From Mytilus edulis (taxonomy: Eukaryota), in assembly GCF_963676685.1 (NCBI RefSeq), contig NC_092345.1, forward strand, positions 19,282,001 through 19,346,000: a stretch of 64,000 bases of DNA, in the 5' to 3' direction. The translations under genes were made by a program, and so were the position numbers. Below the pieces are notes generated by a model, which made no database searches, had not been told where the DNA came from, and saw only the letters and a program-made list of their open reading frames with translations. Below are positions 26,476 through 38,243 of this stretch, in pieces (positions within the stretch are counted from its first letter, which is position 1; each line of letters opens with the position of its first letter).

Positions 26476-29400
26476 AGGAAAATTGGTACCGTTAATTTTA
26501 TTATGATGTTAAGAGACAGTAAAGATGACAAGGTGAAAGAAGCACATGTTGATGTAAGGACAGGACGGAAATGGGTGGCCAAGAGAGCTGTTGAAGATGC
26601 AGAGAGTCATTTAAGACATGGAGACCAGGTGGGAGTGGTAACATCAGGTAGTTTTATTTTGGGTAACATTCAGCAACCATTGTGGCAGTCAGCAGATGCA
26701 AGACACAGAAGGGAACTTGTTGAGCAAAAGGTTCGTCGTGGGGAAGAAGAAAATCGTAAAGAATGAGCCGTTTGTATGAAACAACAAGGGCAATATATGA
26801 AATGGGAGATAGCAATACCAAGAAAGATCAATTGGCATAAGATGTGGAGAATAGACGGGTAGATGATAAGCTTACTACTTAGATCAGTGTACGACGTACT
26901 ACCAACACGCACAAATCTTACAATGTGGAAACTGATTACAGACCCTATAGTTGTAAGTTGTACGGCAAGCCGGCAAATTTAGAACACATTTAGTCGTCTT
27001 GCATAACATATCTAAAGGATGGAAGATATATATGTCGGCATGACCAATGCCTTCGAGAAATAGCATCAGCAAATCACTGGGAGATGCAAACCAACGTTAG
27101 GAAAAAGACCACCTTCCAAAAGTGGTTCATAACAACAACCCTCCGACCAGACATTGTGCTGTGGTCCAGAATCAGCAGACATATCATTCTTGTAGAGCTA
27201 ACAGTATCATGGGAAACAAGACTGGAAAAGCTCATGAGAGAAAGCTTGTGAAGTACCAGTAATTGGTAACAGATAATCAGACAAGAGTTGGAGGATATGG
27301 TATTTTTCAGTAGAGGTAGACTGTAGAGGCTTTGTTTCACAAACATTCTGGAGGGCCTTGGGGTCCCTATGACTAACTGGCCCAGTAAAGAAGAAGCTTG
27401 GATGGAAAAGTTGGGAGACAGGCAGAGGAAGCTTCTGGTTGGGTATGGAGGAAGAGAGAAGAGCAGTTGAAGAGCTAGCTTTTTCCTGGCTGAGCTTGAT
27501 AAACTCAGTCGGCGCATCCCCTGCGTAGACAGCGCCGAAAATGTCGAGCTAGGAGAGGGGATCCACCTGATGATGGAACTAGCTGAGCAGTGGAAACACT
27601 GTATTTAAGGTTTAACTTAATGCAAATTGCTAAAATAATTCTTATAATAACACTTAATTTTGAAGTTGTCTTGTGTAAAAACATTCAGTTTGCATTTTAT
27701 CTTTGCATAGATATTTTAAAATGCTCTGTTGATATGTAGAAAGGAAAAGACAACGGAATTGTATTCGGCAGGCTGATGACCACAAAAATATCATCAACTA
27801 TTTTTTTTCTTTCTTGTCGACAACAGTCAAGCTGAATGTGTAAAGCAGAGAGAAATTCTCAAATGCATTTTCTTGATAATTTACATTTTCTATCTTAATA
27901 TTGATCCCCTTTTCGACCTTTATTTTTAATGTAACTTATATAAGAAATAAACTCCAAATTGTGTTTCAGACAAATTCATGCATTGCTGGGAAATTAGGAA
28001 GAGAAATTAAACCTTTTTCGACAATTTTGTTTTATTAATATACATCTTCATTGTACATGAAGCTTGTCTATTTTGAAACGCGACCATCTACGTGTCTTTT
28101 TTTTTTGCACGAAAACGTGTAACAAAACTTGGCATATATGTCTGGTTAGATTATAGAAATATTGTCGAGATAGATTTCTATTTCATGCATTTGTAAAACA
28201 CTGACAAGCTTAGGTATATTAAAAAACTTGATTGATAAGTGTAGTTCTCTGGAGCAAGGGAGACCTGTTTGAAATGTTACAAATGATGTAAAGACCCAAG
28301 GTTACCTACATTTCTTTAGCATGTTCGAATTGTTTATGTCTGAGACGGCAAACAAAATTGAATCTTACAGCATCTAGATATGATATAAAATGCAGTTTTT
28401 GCAAAATATAAAATAAAATAAAACGTGAGTCGTCTAGACAAAAACGTGTGTGGAATCTTTATCAGCTGTTTTAACTAGAAACTGCTGGATCAGCATATTT
28501 AACCACTAACATGTCTTATGAGAAAAAGACGTAAATTATCAAAATTTTAATAGAATTTTATAATAGAATTGTTAATAAGAGAGCAAATGCATTTTATTTT
28601 TCATGTGTATTCGCATAATTGTTTGCATTTGACTACCATGTTTATTTGGTCATTGCCATTTATTGTAAATATTGTCTTATTGTCTCTATACAGAAATATA
28701 GCCAAAATAACCATCTTCGAAAGCGATGTGTAATGGAATTGAAAAGTGCATGTTTTAATTATAGTCTAGTTATGACCTGAAAGGTAAAAAAAACTTTAGA
28801 AAAGTCAATTGTGATTTCCTGATGCTTTGAATCACAGATGATATCCTGTTTTAAAACAGTAAACCCAGGCTAATTGCATAATTTAAAAAAAAACTTTATT
28901 AGTAAATGTTTCGAAAATGAATAGTCTATACTAATCTATAATAGGACGTTCTTTCACATGATGAATTTTGCAGTATCTCAATTTTGGGTACCCATTATGT
29001 TACCCGATATTCCAAAGGTAGACTTTTGTAAACAAACAAGTACACAGAGTTCAGAGTGCTACCCTATACGATAACATGCAATTCAGTAAATGTGGTACTG
29101 GCATATCCATATTTCGAAATTCAAATACATATATAAATAAGGAGATGAAGTATACTAGTATATGTATATTTTTTTTTTAATTTCAAATGACTTTGATTCG
29201 GTTGTGTAAAACATGCAATTAAGGATGAGTATGCCATCTTGTAAATGGGATACAATCTTGATTATATAGAGATGACACGTGCAGGCCAACAAAAAGCTCG
29301 GGCAGTACCCGGACATATAGTAAGAGAAGGTTTTAATAAAGTATATGCATATAAAACATATTAAACGAATAGTTACAAACGTTCAAAGTCTTGGTAAAAA

Positions 29401-30436
29401 CATAAATCTGGAAAATATTATAGATAATCGGTGCTGTCTCAAAACACACATTAATTTGCTTGGCCTAAGTCCATTTTCTCACAGACAAAAGGCGTTACAC
29501 ATGTGGGAGTAATCATTCAAAAAAGCTACATGATGTCAGCTTCACAAAGAGACATAAATTAATTTCTTACTATTTTTTAAGAGGCAATCGCTACATTTTA
29601 TGTACAAACACTCTGCTCGTAAAATAGTGCTGTGTATAGTCTAAATTTAACAGAGGGGTTCAATGCAGGTATTATTTGCACGTTACGCGTGCGAGAAGAG
29701 AAAAGTAGAGGATAACACTCATGTTTAAATAAACGTTCTCCTTTTCTTTGATTATAAATCAAGTAAAACGTGTTAATTATTAAAGCAAGAAACTAATAGT
29801 TCTGTAGTTTTGCTGAATTTTTGTATGTTTTTTCTCTCTCTCTTGATATCGACGAGGCTATTATTTTTAGTAAACGATCTTTCAATGCATATAAGATTTT
29901 TATTTCAGTAAATCAAAGAAGGACTCGGGGGATAGTTTTGTTTATTTGGCCAGACAAAACTTTTTAAAATCAAATATTAAGTTCTTAATCTGAGTGTTAC
30001 TAATTTTTTTTTCAAAATCAATAAGTCTTTGGTAGATTAAAATGTAATAAAAGTCTTTTGTTTGTTGAGTTGGGTTGCTGTCATGTCGACGTGTCGTCTT
30101 CGTCCTTTTTATTCCTATTCTTAAATTTGCGCCAAAATGCTTGAAAATGTATGTTGAAATAATTAAGTTATCAATTATCTTTATGATAGATCATTGTGTT
30201 TGACAGCATTCTTCTTTTCTATGTTGTAGCAATTTTACTTTCACACACGTCTTCAAAATTCAGCGACCCTTGTATTTTTGGGTCAATAAGCAGGCATTAA
30301 AGTTGTAAGAGTATGTCTGATAAATTTGTATATCAAATTACGCCTTTACGTTTTTTTTTGTGCAAGAATAAATCGTCTGCTTCTATGAAAAATTCAACAT
30401 CTGAGGTCAGCAACTTCACTGCCAACAACCGCATTG

Positions 30437-30470
30437 ATTGGTTGTTTCTGGAGCAGCAGGATAATTAAAG
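30437..30470 (+). promoter_or_regulatory. Candidate collagen proximal promoter (inverted CCAAT box and TATA-like element)
   Basis: ATTGG at 30437-30441 and ATAATTAAAG at 30461-30470, about 220-250 bp upstream of the ATG. TSS is not known. Confidence 0.3.
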
Positions 30471-30688
30471 TTTAGAATGATACCACAGTAGTAAACGCGG
30501 CTAAGAGGCTGCTCAACTCGGCTACCATTTTACAACGGCCTAGGAATCCTGTGTTCCAATATACTTTATTGGAGCACGGCTCTTCCTAGTTACATTGGAG
30601 CCGGGGTTCCTGGCTCATACATTCCTATAGATCTCAATTTTTCCTATTCCAACCTGAATGAGGTAGAATAGAGGCTATAGACGTTAAA

Positions 30689-33600
30689 ATGAAGTTTGGA
30701 TCAGTTCGATGGAAGAACTGTCTAGCACCAATATTGCTATTTGTAGTGCTAGTACAATCTCAGGAAGGTATAGTGCATTTTTATACTTATATTTTATATA
30801 CTTTGCATGCAATGTATTGAATTCAATCTTTCTATTTTCCATGCATGCACGAAACTTGTTTTCGATTGAAGACTGTATACTTTTAAATAAGCCCATGTTT
30901 TGATCAAGTTATTGTTTGTATTTTAGCAAGTGTTCATTTATACTTTAAATGTATGTCTAGATACTAAAAGTGCATTAATGGGTTTTTGTTTCCTTCCGGA
31001 TAAAATCGCCTGTGAAACGCCCTAAGGTTCAATAGTGTCCTTATCTTTTATGGATCCGCCTCTGTTCAACCTATAATCCCGAAAAATGTCTGTTATTCGA
31101 TGTATAATAATTCATTAACAAATCTATTTAAAAAATAGAATGATTATAAAAGTCCATTGTTTAAAAACATTGCATTTTGCATTCCAAGATTTGTAAGAAA
31201 CAAAAGGAAAAGTAGAAAAGATAACGCCCTTTGATCAGAGCTACTATGTATACAGTCAGCGATGTTTAATGCACATGACTTAAAACAATGCTCTAAGCAA
31301 AGTTTTTCTAGTGCGCTAGAATTGCCACGTAAACATGTCTATGTGGCAGCCTACAAGACGTGTTCGGCAATAATCAACACACACCATTATCGGTAATTGG
31401 TACAGCAGATACAACTCGAATCTGTGTTCTCGATTGCTATTGAAAACCGATTTTGCTACGGTACGTTAGAAATAAGAGCTGTGTTCCCGATTGCTGTTAA
31501 AACAATTGATTTTGGTATCGATACGATAGATACGAACGGATTTGTGTTCGCTATCAAATCCATCGATTTTGCTATCGGTACGGTAAATGCTATAGGATTT
31601 GTGTTCCCGGTTGATATCAAAACAATTGTTTTGGCTATCGTGCACAGCAGGTTATTGTCTGCGTTTTCGGAAAAAAATGTTTAAAATATTGACCTTTGTT
31701 CTACCAAAAAACGTTCATATCAAAGCTATGCTGTGATAAGTACGGCCAGAGTAAGATTGCAAAACTAATCTGCAAAATTGAATTATACAAACATATTTCA
31801 CTAAAATGTTTACAGATTTTGGCAGTATAAAACATTGTAAAAGTCACAATATTTGTAATTGGAAATTGGTGAATAAAAATTTGTCATTAGACATAATATT
31901 ATCTTAATAATATTAATCTATATATATTACATGCATACAAGCACTTCTCCTAACTTTTTACTCCCCCCCCCCCCCCCAAACCGCAACCGCGTTGCGAAGA
32001 CCTAGAAACACAGGACGTCCGTCCGTCTGTTAAGTCTTGCTAGCGCCATCACGTGTAAAATTATTGCCAGAGTTTTAAGTAACTTATATCATAGGTTAAT
32101 ATCAGCAATGTTTTAGGCAAGTTCGAAAATTAGTACCGATCATTAATTTTTAAAAGAGATCCCCTTTGAAACAATAATTATATGAAAATAACATCTTTTG
32201 TGTTTTCATTTCACAATTCTCGTTAGATTTTCATGAAACTTATAACATAGGTTTATATAACAATGCTTTGGACGAGTTAGAAAATCTAATCCGGTTAACA
32301 ATTTTTTTTTTAAAGTTGTGCCATTTGGAAACAAAATTGCATTGTTTATGTTGGAAGCTCTCTCGTGTTGACAATTTTTGCCAGAATTTCATGACACTTA
32401 AATCATATGATTATATTAGCAATTTTTCTTTGACAAGTTAGAACATCAATAATTTCTTAATGAGTTATGCCCCTTTGCAATATCAATTATATGAAAAATT
32501 GCCTTATGAGCGCTTTTGAATATAATTCTTTGTCACACTTTAATGAAATTTTGATCATAAGTTTATATCATTAATGTCTTTGACGAGTTAGAAAATCAGT
32601 GCCGATCACACATTTTTAAAAGAGAAAATAGAAGTATTGAATATATAGAAAAGTGCATTGTCAGCATTCTCGTGTGTACAATTACTGCCAGAATTTTATG
32701 AAACATATATCATAGGTTTACATCAACAATGTCTTCAACAATTTGAGAAATAAGTGCTGATCAAATAGTTTTTACGAGTTATGCCCCTTGGAAATATTTA
32801 TTAAAATGGAAATAAAATCACATTGCATTCGCTCTGAATCCTTCATTTCTTGAAGACATTATTACAAAGTTTAAAAGTTGTTTATTGCCCTTGTACCTTG
32901 GGTAGATTTTGCAACGTGGAGGATATTTGAACTTTGTCTTTTTTATACTTATACAATTATTTGTTTCATATTTGAGCAAATTTTAGAATATATAATTAAA
33001 TTAGACAGATATTAAAGAGACTTAAATGCATACTCATTTTGTAAACTTTATTTTGGATGAAAATCGTAGAACTAAGTAAAGCCAATTTATTTGATTATGT
33101 AATGTGTGCTTTCCAAATAAAGATGAATGCTAACTCACCATTATTATAAAAAAAATAATAATAATGGATCATTACTGATGTACCGGTAGCTTTAAAGATA
33201 TTTTAACGGGAGCTACAAAATTTTTTAATAATTTAACAGTAAGCTACAAAAATATTTTAGTAAGTTACAAAGAAATTTTGATAGAGAGCTTCAAAGAAAT
33301 TGTAATAGGGAGATACAAAAATATTTCAAAAGTAAACTACAAAAATATTTTAAAAGTGAGCGTCAAAGATATTTTAAAAGTGACAATCAAAAATATTTAT
33401 ATATTTAGACACAAAGATATTTTGATTCTGAGTGAGAGATACAACGTACAACAATATTTTAAAAGTGAGCTACCGAGTGAGCTACGAAGGTATTTAATAG
33501 GGAGTTACACAAATATTTTAATAGTGAGCTACAAAGATTAAATGAAGCGACAAAAATATGGCAATAGAGATGCTTCAACGACATTTTAACGACGTTGAGG

Positions 33601-36600
33601 TTGCATGTCCCAGCTGTCTGGTACTATAGGGTTTTTAAATTTTACAATGATTTCTGAAATTGTATGGCTGTATAATTTTCTGTAAAGAAGATTTTCACAC
33701 GATACCCTGCCATCCTAAATGAGCGCACGCATTAGCCGCTTATATACATTTTATTCCGTCGGTGGCTAGAAGAGCTGTGTGGAGTCAGGGTGGGATTGAG
33801 AGAAAAGAGACTGACAATGGCCCGAACAAATATTGAAAATAGAAAAGTGCATACGTACTTGGGGACAGGATTAATTGTTAAGCCCTCCCCCTTTTTTTTT
33901 TATACAAAATATATTGAGTTTTCCTTTTTGAAAATACAATAACTAGTCTTCACGTTTTCTGTGTGATATATTTACATAAATATACTTGAAAATACATGTA
34001 ACAGTTATTACCCATTAGTATTTTATATCAATTCATAGTTAACTTCCAATGGTACATGGTAAAAATAAATTGCCTCAGTGGTGTAGAAAAATAAAGAATA
34101 ATTTTGGAAAATGAAATTTAAGCATTAGGTTATCATACTGTTACAGAAATTAATAATGTACAGAATAAAATAATTTTCATGCCAATGTCACAATTTACAG
34201 AATATTAAAGGGTTATTCTTAAAGATTAAAAAAATGCTCAATTTTTTTTAGAAATGCCCTCATTCAGACTAATAAGTCAAAACAAGTCAAATTTGTTTAA
34301 ATTGCAAAACTCTGGCATAGGCTTATGCACCTTGATCTCAAAATCAAGCTAATCACAAAAAAAAAGTAAATATCAATTAGTCAAGCATTTTAAAATGATT
34401 AAATGAATTGGTTAGACAGCAGCTAATTTTCTAACAGTCTATTTTTTATGCATTTTTATTAATTATAATTATGGAATATACTAATTAGAGATCATAAGCT
34501 AACGGAAAGTTCAGGGGATTATAAACATATTGTATAATTTTAAAGAATCTTGATGAACTTTTCACCAAATCTAAAAACAGCCAGGAAATACACAAAAAAA
34601 CCTAGCATGAGCATTAAAAAACATTTTATAATGAAACCCTTCACCAAAACATAATATCAAGATGATATCCTTGTGCATGATGAGAAAAAAATGGGAATAA
34701 ACTTGAATGATAGTCAATTATATGATTATGTTTAAGAAGTGAAATTGTTAAAACAGCTGCCATGTATGAGTGTCTGGTTGGGGGTCTGTTATTCTGTAAA
34801 CATTTAATATTCACCCCTTTTTTCTCTAATCTTCAAAAAATTAGACCACACATTTCTCTAATCTTCATTTTGTTTGCCCATTATTCTCTAATCTTCATTT
34901 TTTAAGGGCATTATTCTTTAATCATTTAACCCCATCCAAACCCTCATGTAAAAAATGTATATGTAAAGCAAAACATTTGTATGAGTAAGTAAAAGTTTAA
35001 TCAACTACAACCAATACTTTATACAATGCAATGTTTAATTTTACTTCCCACTGTTAAATTAAAGCAATCTTTACCCTTCAGTGCTTACCTTACAAACACT
35101 TTGATAAATTTACATGTAAAACCTAGCTTTTTTAACAATCGTGATAAATTCAATTACCCTACATAATCTTAACCAAATTATATATATCAAACACAGATAA
35201 CCACACATTTGATTTTAATTCACACATGTCTATTCTTTTTATTTCAAAGAAAAACCATGTGTATCAAAAGATGGACAGACCTATCAGTCCGGAGATGAAT
35301 GGATACAGCAACCATGCAAATGGTGTTCGTGTAAGGACGGCAAAATTGATTGTTCTGAATTACTTGATTGTGATCAATATGAAGGTAAAATATTTATATT
35401 TTTGATGAACTTGATGTTGTTTTTTTTATTTTTGGTACATGTATGTGTAAAATAATAAAAATGTATAAATGAATTGAATTGAACGTGAAACAATTTCAGT
35501 TGATTAGGATCAAACTGGAAGAAATTGTCTTGCTTCTTACAAAATAGTTCAATAATTCACAAACTTTTAGAAAAGACAAAAATACCTTTCTTTACTTTTT
35601 TTTTTTAGTATACAATTGAAAACGTTTTGATTGCCTGAATTGTGTAAAGTAATTTAGTTGATAAAAGGGATCCACAAATTTTAATGCTCAACCTAGTACA
35701 CATCTTTGGCAAAACCAGGAAATTAAATATCAACAAAAATACAATTTTTTACTCAATGAGGGGGGGGGGGGGGGGGGGGGTAGGGGGGGTCCTGATCCGG
35801 AAATCCCAGGCTTAAAAACACAAAATCCTGAAATCATGGGTTTAAAAACATGAAAAAAAAAGAATTCCCGGATCCCGAAAGGCTCAATCCTGAAATCCCG
35901 AGCTTAAAAACCCCAGATCCTGAGTCCCGATAAAGGTCCTATTCCCCCTCCTCAATCCTTGATAATTGATACCCACTAAAAAATAAATGAATCCACTGTA
36001 GGCCAAGAATTTTTAAGATTGTACGAGTAAATCTACATTTTTTTTTTAGGATTAACAAATGCTGGAGATGTGAGTATCATATTATTTGTTAATTAAATTT
36101 GCAAGTTTGAATTAATTTATGAGATTTTTACAACCTTATTTAGTTATTAACCGTATTAATTAATATTGTTCTTGGGATCAATGGGGAATTTTGTTGTATC
36201 TTTAATTATTTGCTAATAAATGAGTTTTACCATTGTTAATAATGATAATCATGATTGTGTCAGGTATATTAATATGATTTACACTTCCATTTAAAAAAAA
36301 GTATTTCTTTGTGCTTAACATTAGTATTGATTTAGCGAATGTTTTACTTAATAGAGTTTAGAAAAAGAGGTGAAACCAATTCAATCCCATGAAGCAATAG
36401 AACGGGAAGCTGAGGTAAGTTCATCCGTACTTAAATATTTTGAAAATGCTGTAAACCAACTAATTTATTTTCGCTTCTTTCGCGAGTGAATAAATAACAT
36501 CAATATGTAAAACTTTAATTTTTCCTCATTTAACATTGAAAATTGCCAAATTAAATTGCTGAAAGAAGAACTAGTATGGCTAAACGTGAAATGAAGTATC

Positions 36601-38243
36601 CGCTAAAATAAGTTGGTTTACAGTAATGAGGGGGAGGACAGGGGTAAGGGAGACAGGGAGAAAGGGGGTAGGAGAAAGGAGAGGAAGGCTGGGAGAAAGG
36701 AGAAAAAATAAAATATCTCTCCTTTTAAAAAATGATCTAATATTTCAAGAAAAAATATCTCAAAAGGAGATGTTTTATTCTAATGGGAGAACAGGGAGAA
36801 AGGGGGTAGGAGAAAGGAGAAAGGGGGTGGAAGAAAGGGGGTAGGAGAAAGGAGAAGAGGGGTGGGAGAAGGGAGAAGGGTACCCCTGTCCTCCCCCTCA
36901 GTAATAGGTCTGATGTTTATCAATATACAATTAGATTATAATTTACTTTCATAAACATTTGTAGTTAGGATGGATGTTACATTTTAAAAGGGAAAAATAG
37001 TTGTTTTATTAGATGCTTATATTAAAAAAGTGAATCACATAAAATTAAAAGTTTAAAAAAGTATAGAAATGTTTTGAAAACAACTGTTATAATGTCAACA
37101 CATGTGTCAGAGTACTTAATTCGGACTAGTAAGAATTTGAAATTTTTTGTTTAGACTTTATATAAGAAAAATATAGGAATATTGGTCTTCAGACTTACTT
37201 TTAAAAATTAAGTGCAGACTGCTTTGCTTTTTAATTCAATATAAGAAGTTGGTATGAAAAATGTAATTTATTGATTTCAGGGTTCCTCTGGTATACCTGG
37301 ACGTACTGGAATCGATGGACAAGCTGGACCGATTGTAAGTAGAAATAGTTTGTTTCTATATGACCACATTCCTTTATAAGATTTCATCACGATCAATACA
37401 ATTTATAATATATTCTCTGAATACAATTTAAGCTGAACGTAAAAAATATTTTTATACATTTTTGTATTTATTATATTTTATAAAGTAAAACGATTTCTTT
37501 GCCATATTTTTACTGGTATTGTACTATGGTGTGGATTGTTTTATTCCCTTGATCAGATCTGGTATAGATCCACCATACAAATTGGAGTATTTGATTTGAA
37601 AATAATTTTATGCATAATATTTAAAAAAAACTCTTTTTTTTGTTGGTTGTATAGTTTTATTTACATTCTTCTTATTATTATTATGACATTTATCAATATT
37701 TGAATTATCTAGGGAGACCCTGGACCAGATGGTAACCATGGTATTCCCGGCCCCCCAGGTCCTCCAGGAATCCCACCAATGGTACGTATATTTTGTCAAA
37801 TACATTTACAAATGTAAGTATGATGGACCAAAATAATGAAAAATGATTTAAATTAAGATTTTCAAACTTCAAGCAACCAAAATTTATATTTTTTCACCTG
37901 TATTACCATGCAATACTGTTATATTTGCTGTAAATTTTTGCTTTCTATGAAGACAAAATAAAAAAAAATGAAAGATGATTTAAATTAAGATTTTCAAACT
38001 TTAAAATTATATCTTTTCACCTGTATTACCATGCAGTATTGTTATATTTGATGTAAGTTGGTGCTTTTTTTTTAAATGAATAAAATTTGATACATAAAAA
38101 ACAAAAATTGTCTTAATAAAATAAAATATTTGGCATTGCAGTCAGCAGACCAGGCCTATGCTCGTTATTTCCAACAGACTTATAATCAGGCTTTTAAGGC
38201 AGGAGGAAGAGCTCAAAATGCACCATATCTGCAAGCACATGTT
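30689..38243 (+). CDS. Collagen exons 1-7: signal peptide, short VWC-like module, linker, minor triple helix, N-telopeptide
   Basis: Exon 1 [26 protein letters not shown] (signal peptide). Exon 2 [40 protein letters not shown] (N-half of VWC consensus). 20-nt microexon and 60-nt exon. 13 Gly-X-Y triplets in exons 5-6. Exon 7 [34 protein letters not shown]. Confidence 0.82.

Larger units (their letters stand above)
25998..26500 (+). mobile_element. Non-LTR retrozyme-like tandem repeat (~1.4 units of a 350-bp monomer) inserted in the RLE retrotransposon
   Basis: Direct repeat ttcacggatttggct...ggtaccgttaat at ~26006 and ~26356 (period 350), each with a hammerhead motif. It splits the host ORF EELKVTKTRQV|MMLRDSKDDKVK, with tta on both sides. 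Confidence 0.8.
24060..27610 (+). mobile_element. Decayed non-LTR retrotransposon with restriction-like endonuclease (R2 group, Hero/NeSL-like)
   Basis: N-terminal zinc finger CSCGKICKNENGLKIH; RT motifs SAPGPNVIPYRVYK, FRTISLFNVE, YIDTSVQKGGVPG, WLDLANAYGSKPHKL, RAFMDD; C-terminal zinc-knuckle remnant and LRPDIVLWS...IILVELTVSWE (PD-(D/E)xK-type endonuclease). Many stops and frameshifts; ends approximate. Confidence 0.88.

Noticed and set aside
27530-27600. CGAAA...CTGATGA in the retrotransposon 3' end as a hammerhead
   Set aside because: No stem II or stem I pairing can be built around the core motifs.
31397-33541. Repetitive ORFs 31397-31684 and 33278-33541
   Set aside because: Translations of degenerate minisatellites in collagen intron 1; no splice signals or domain similarity.
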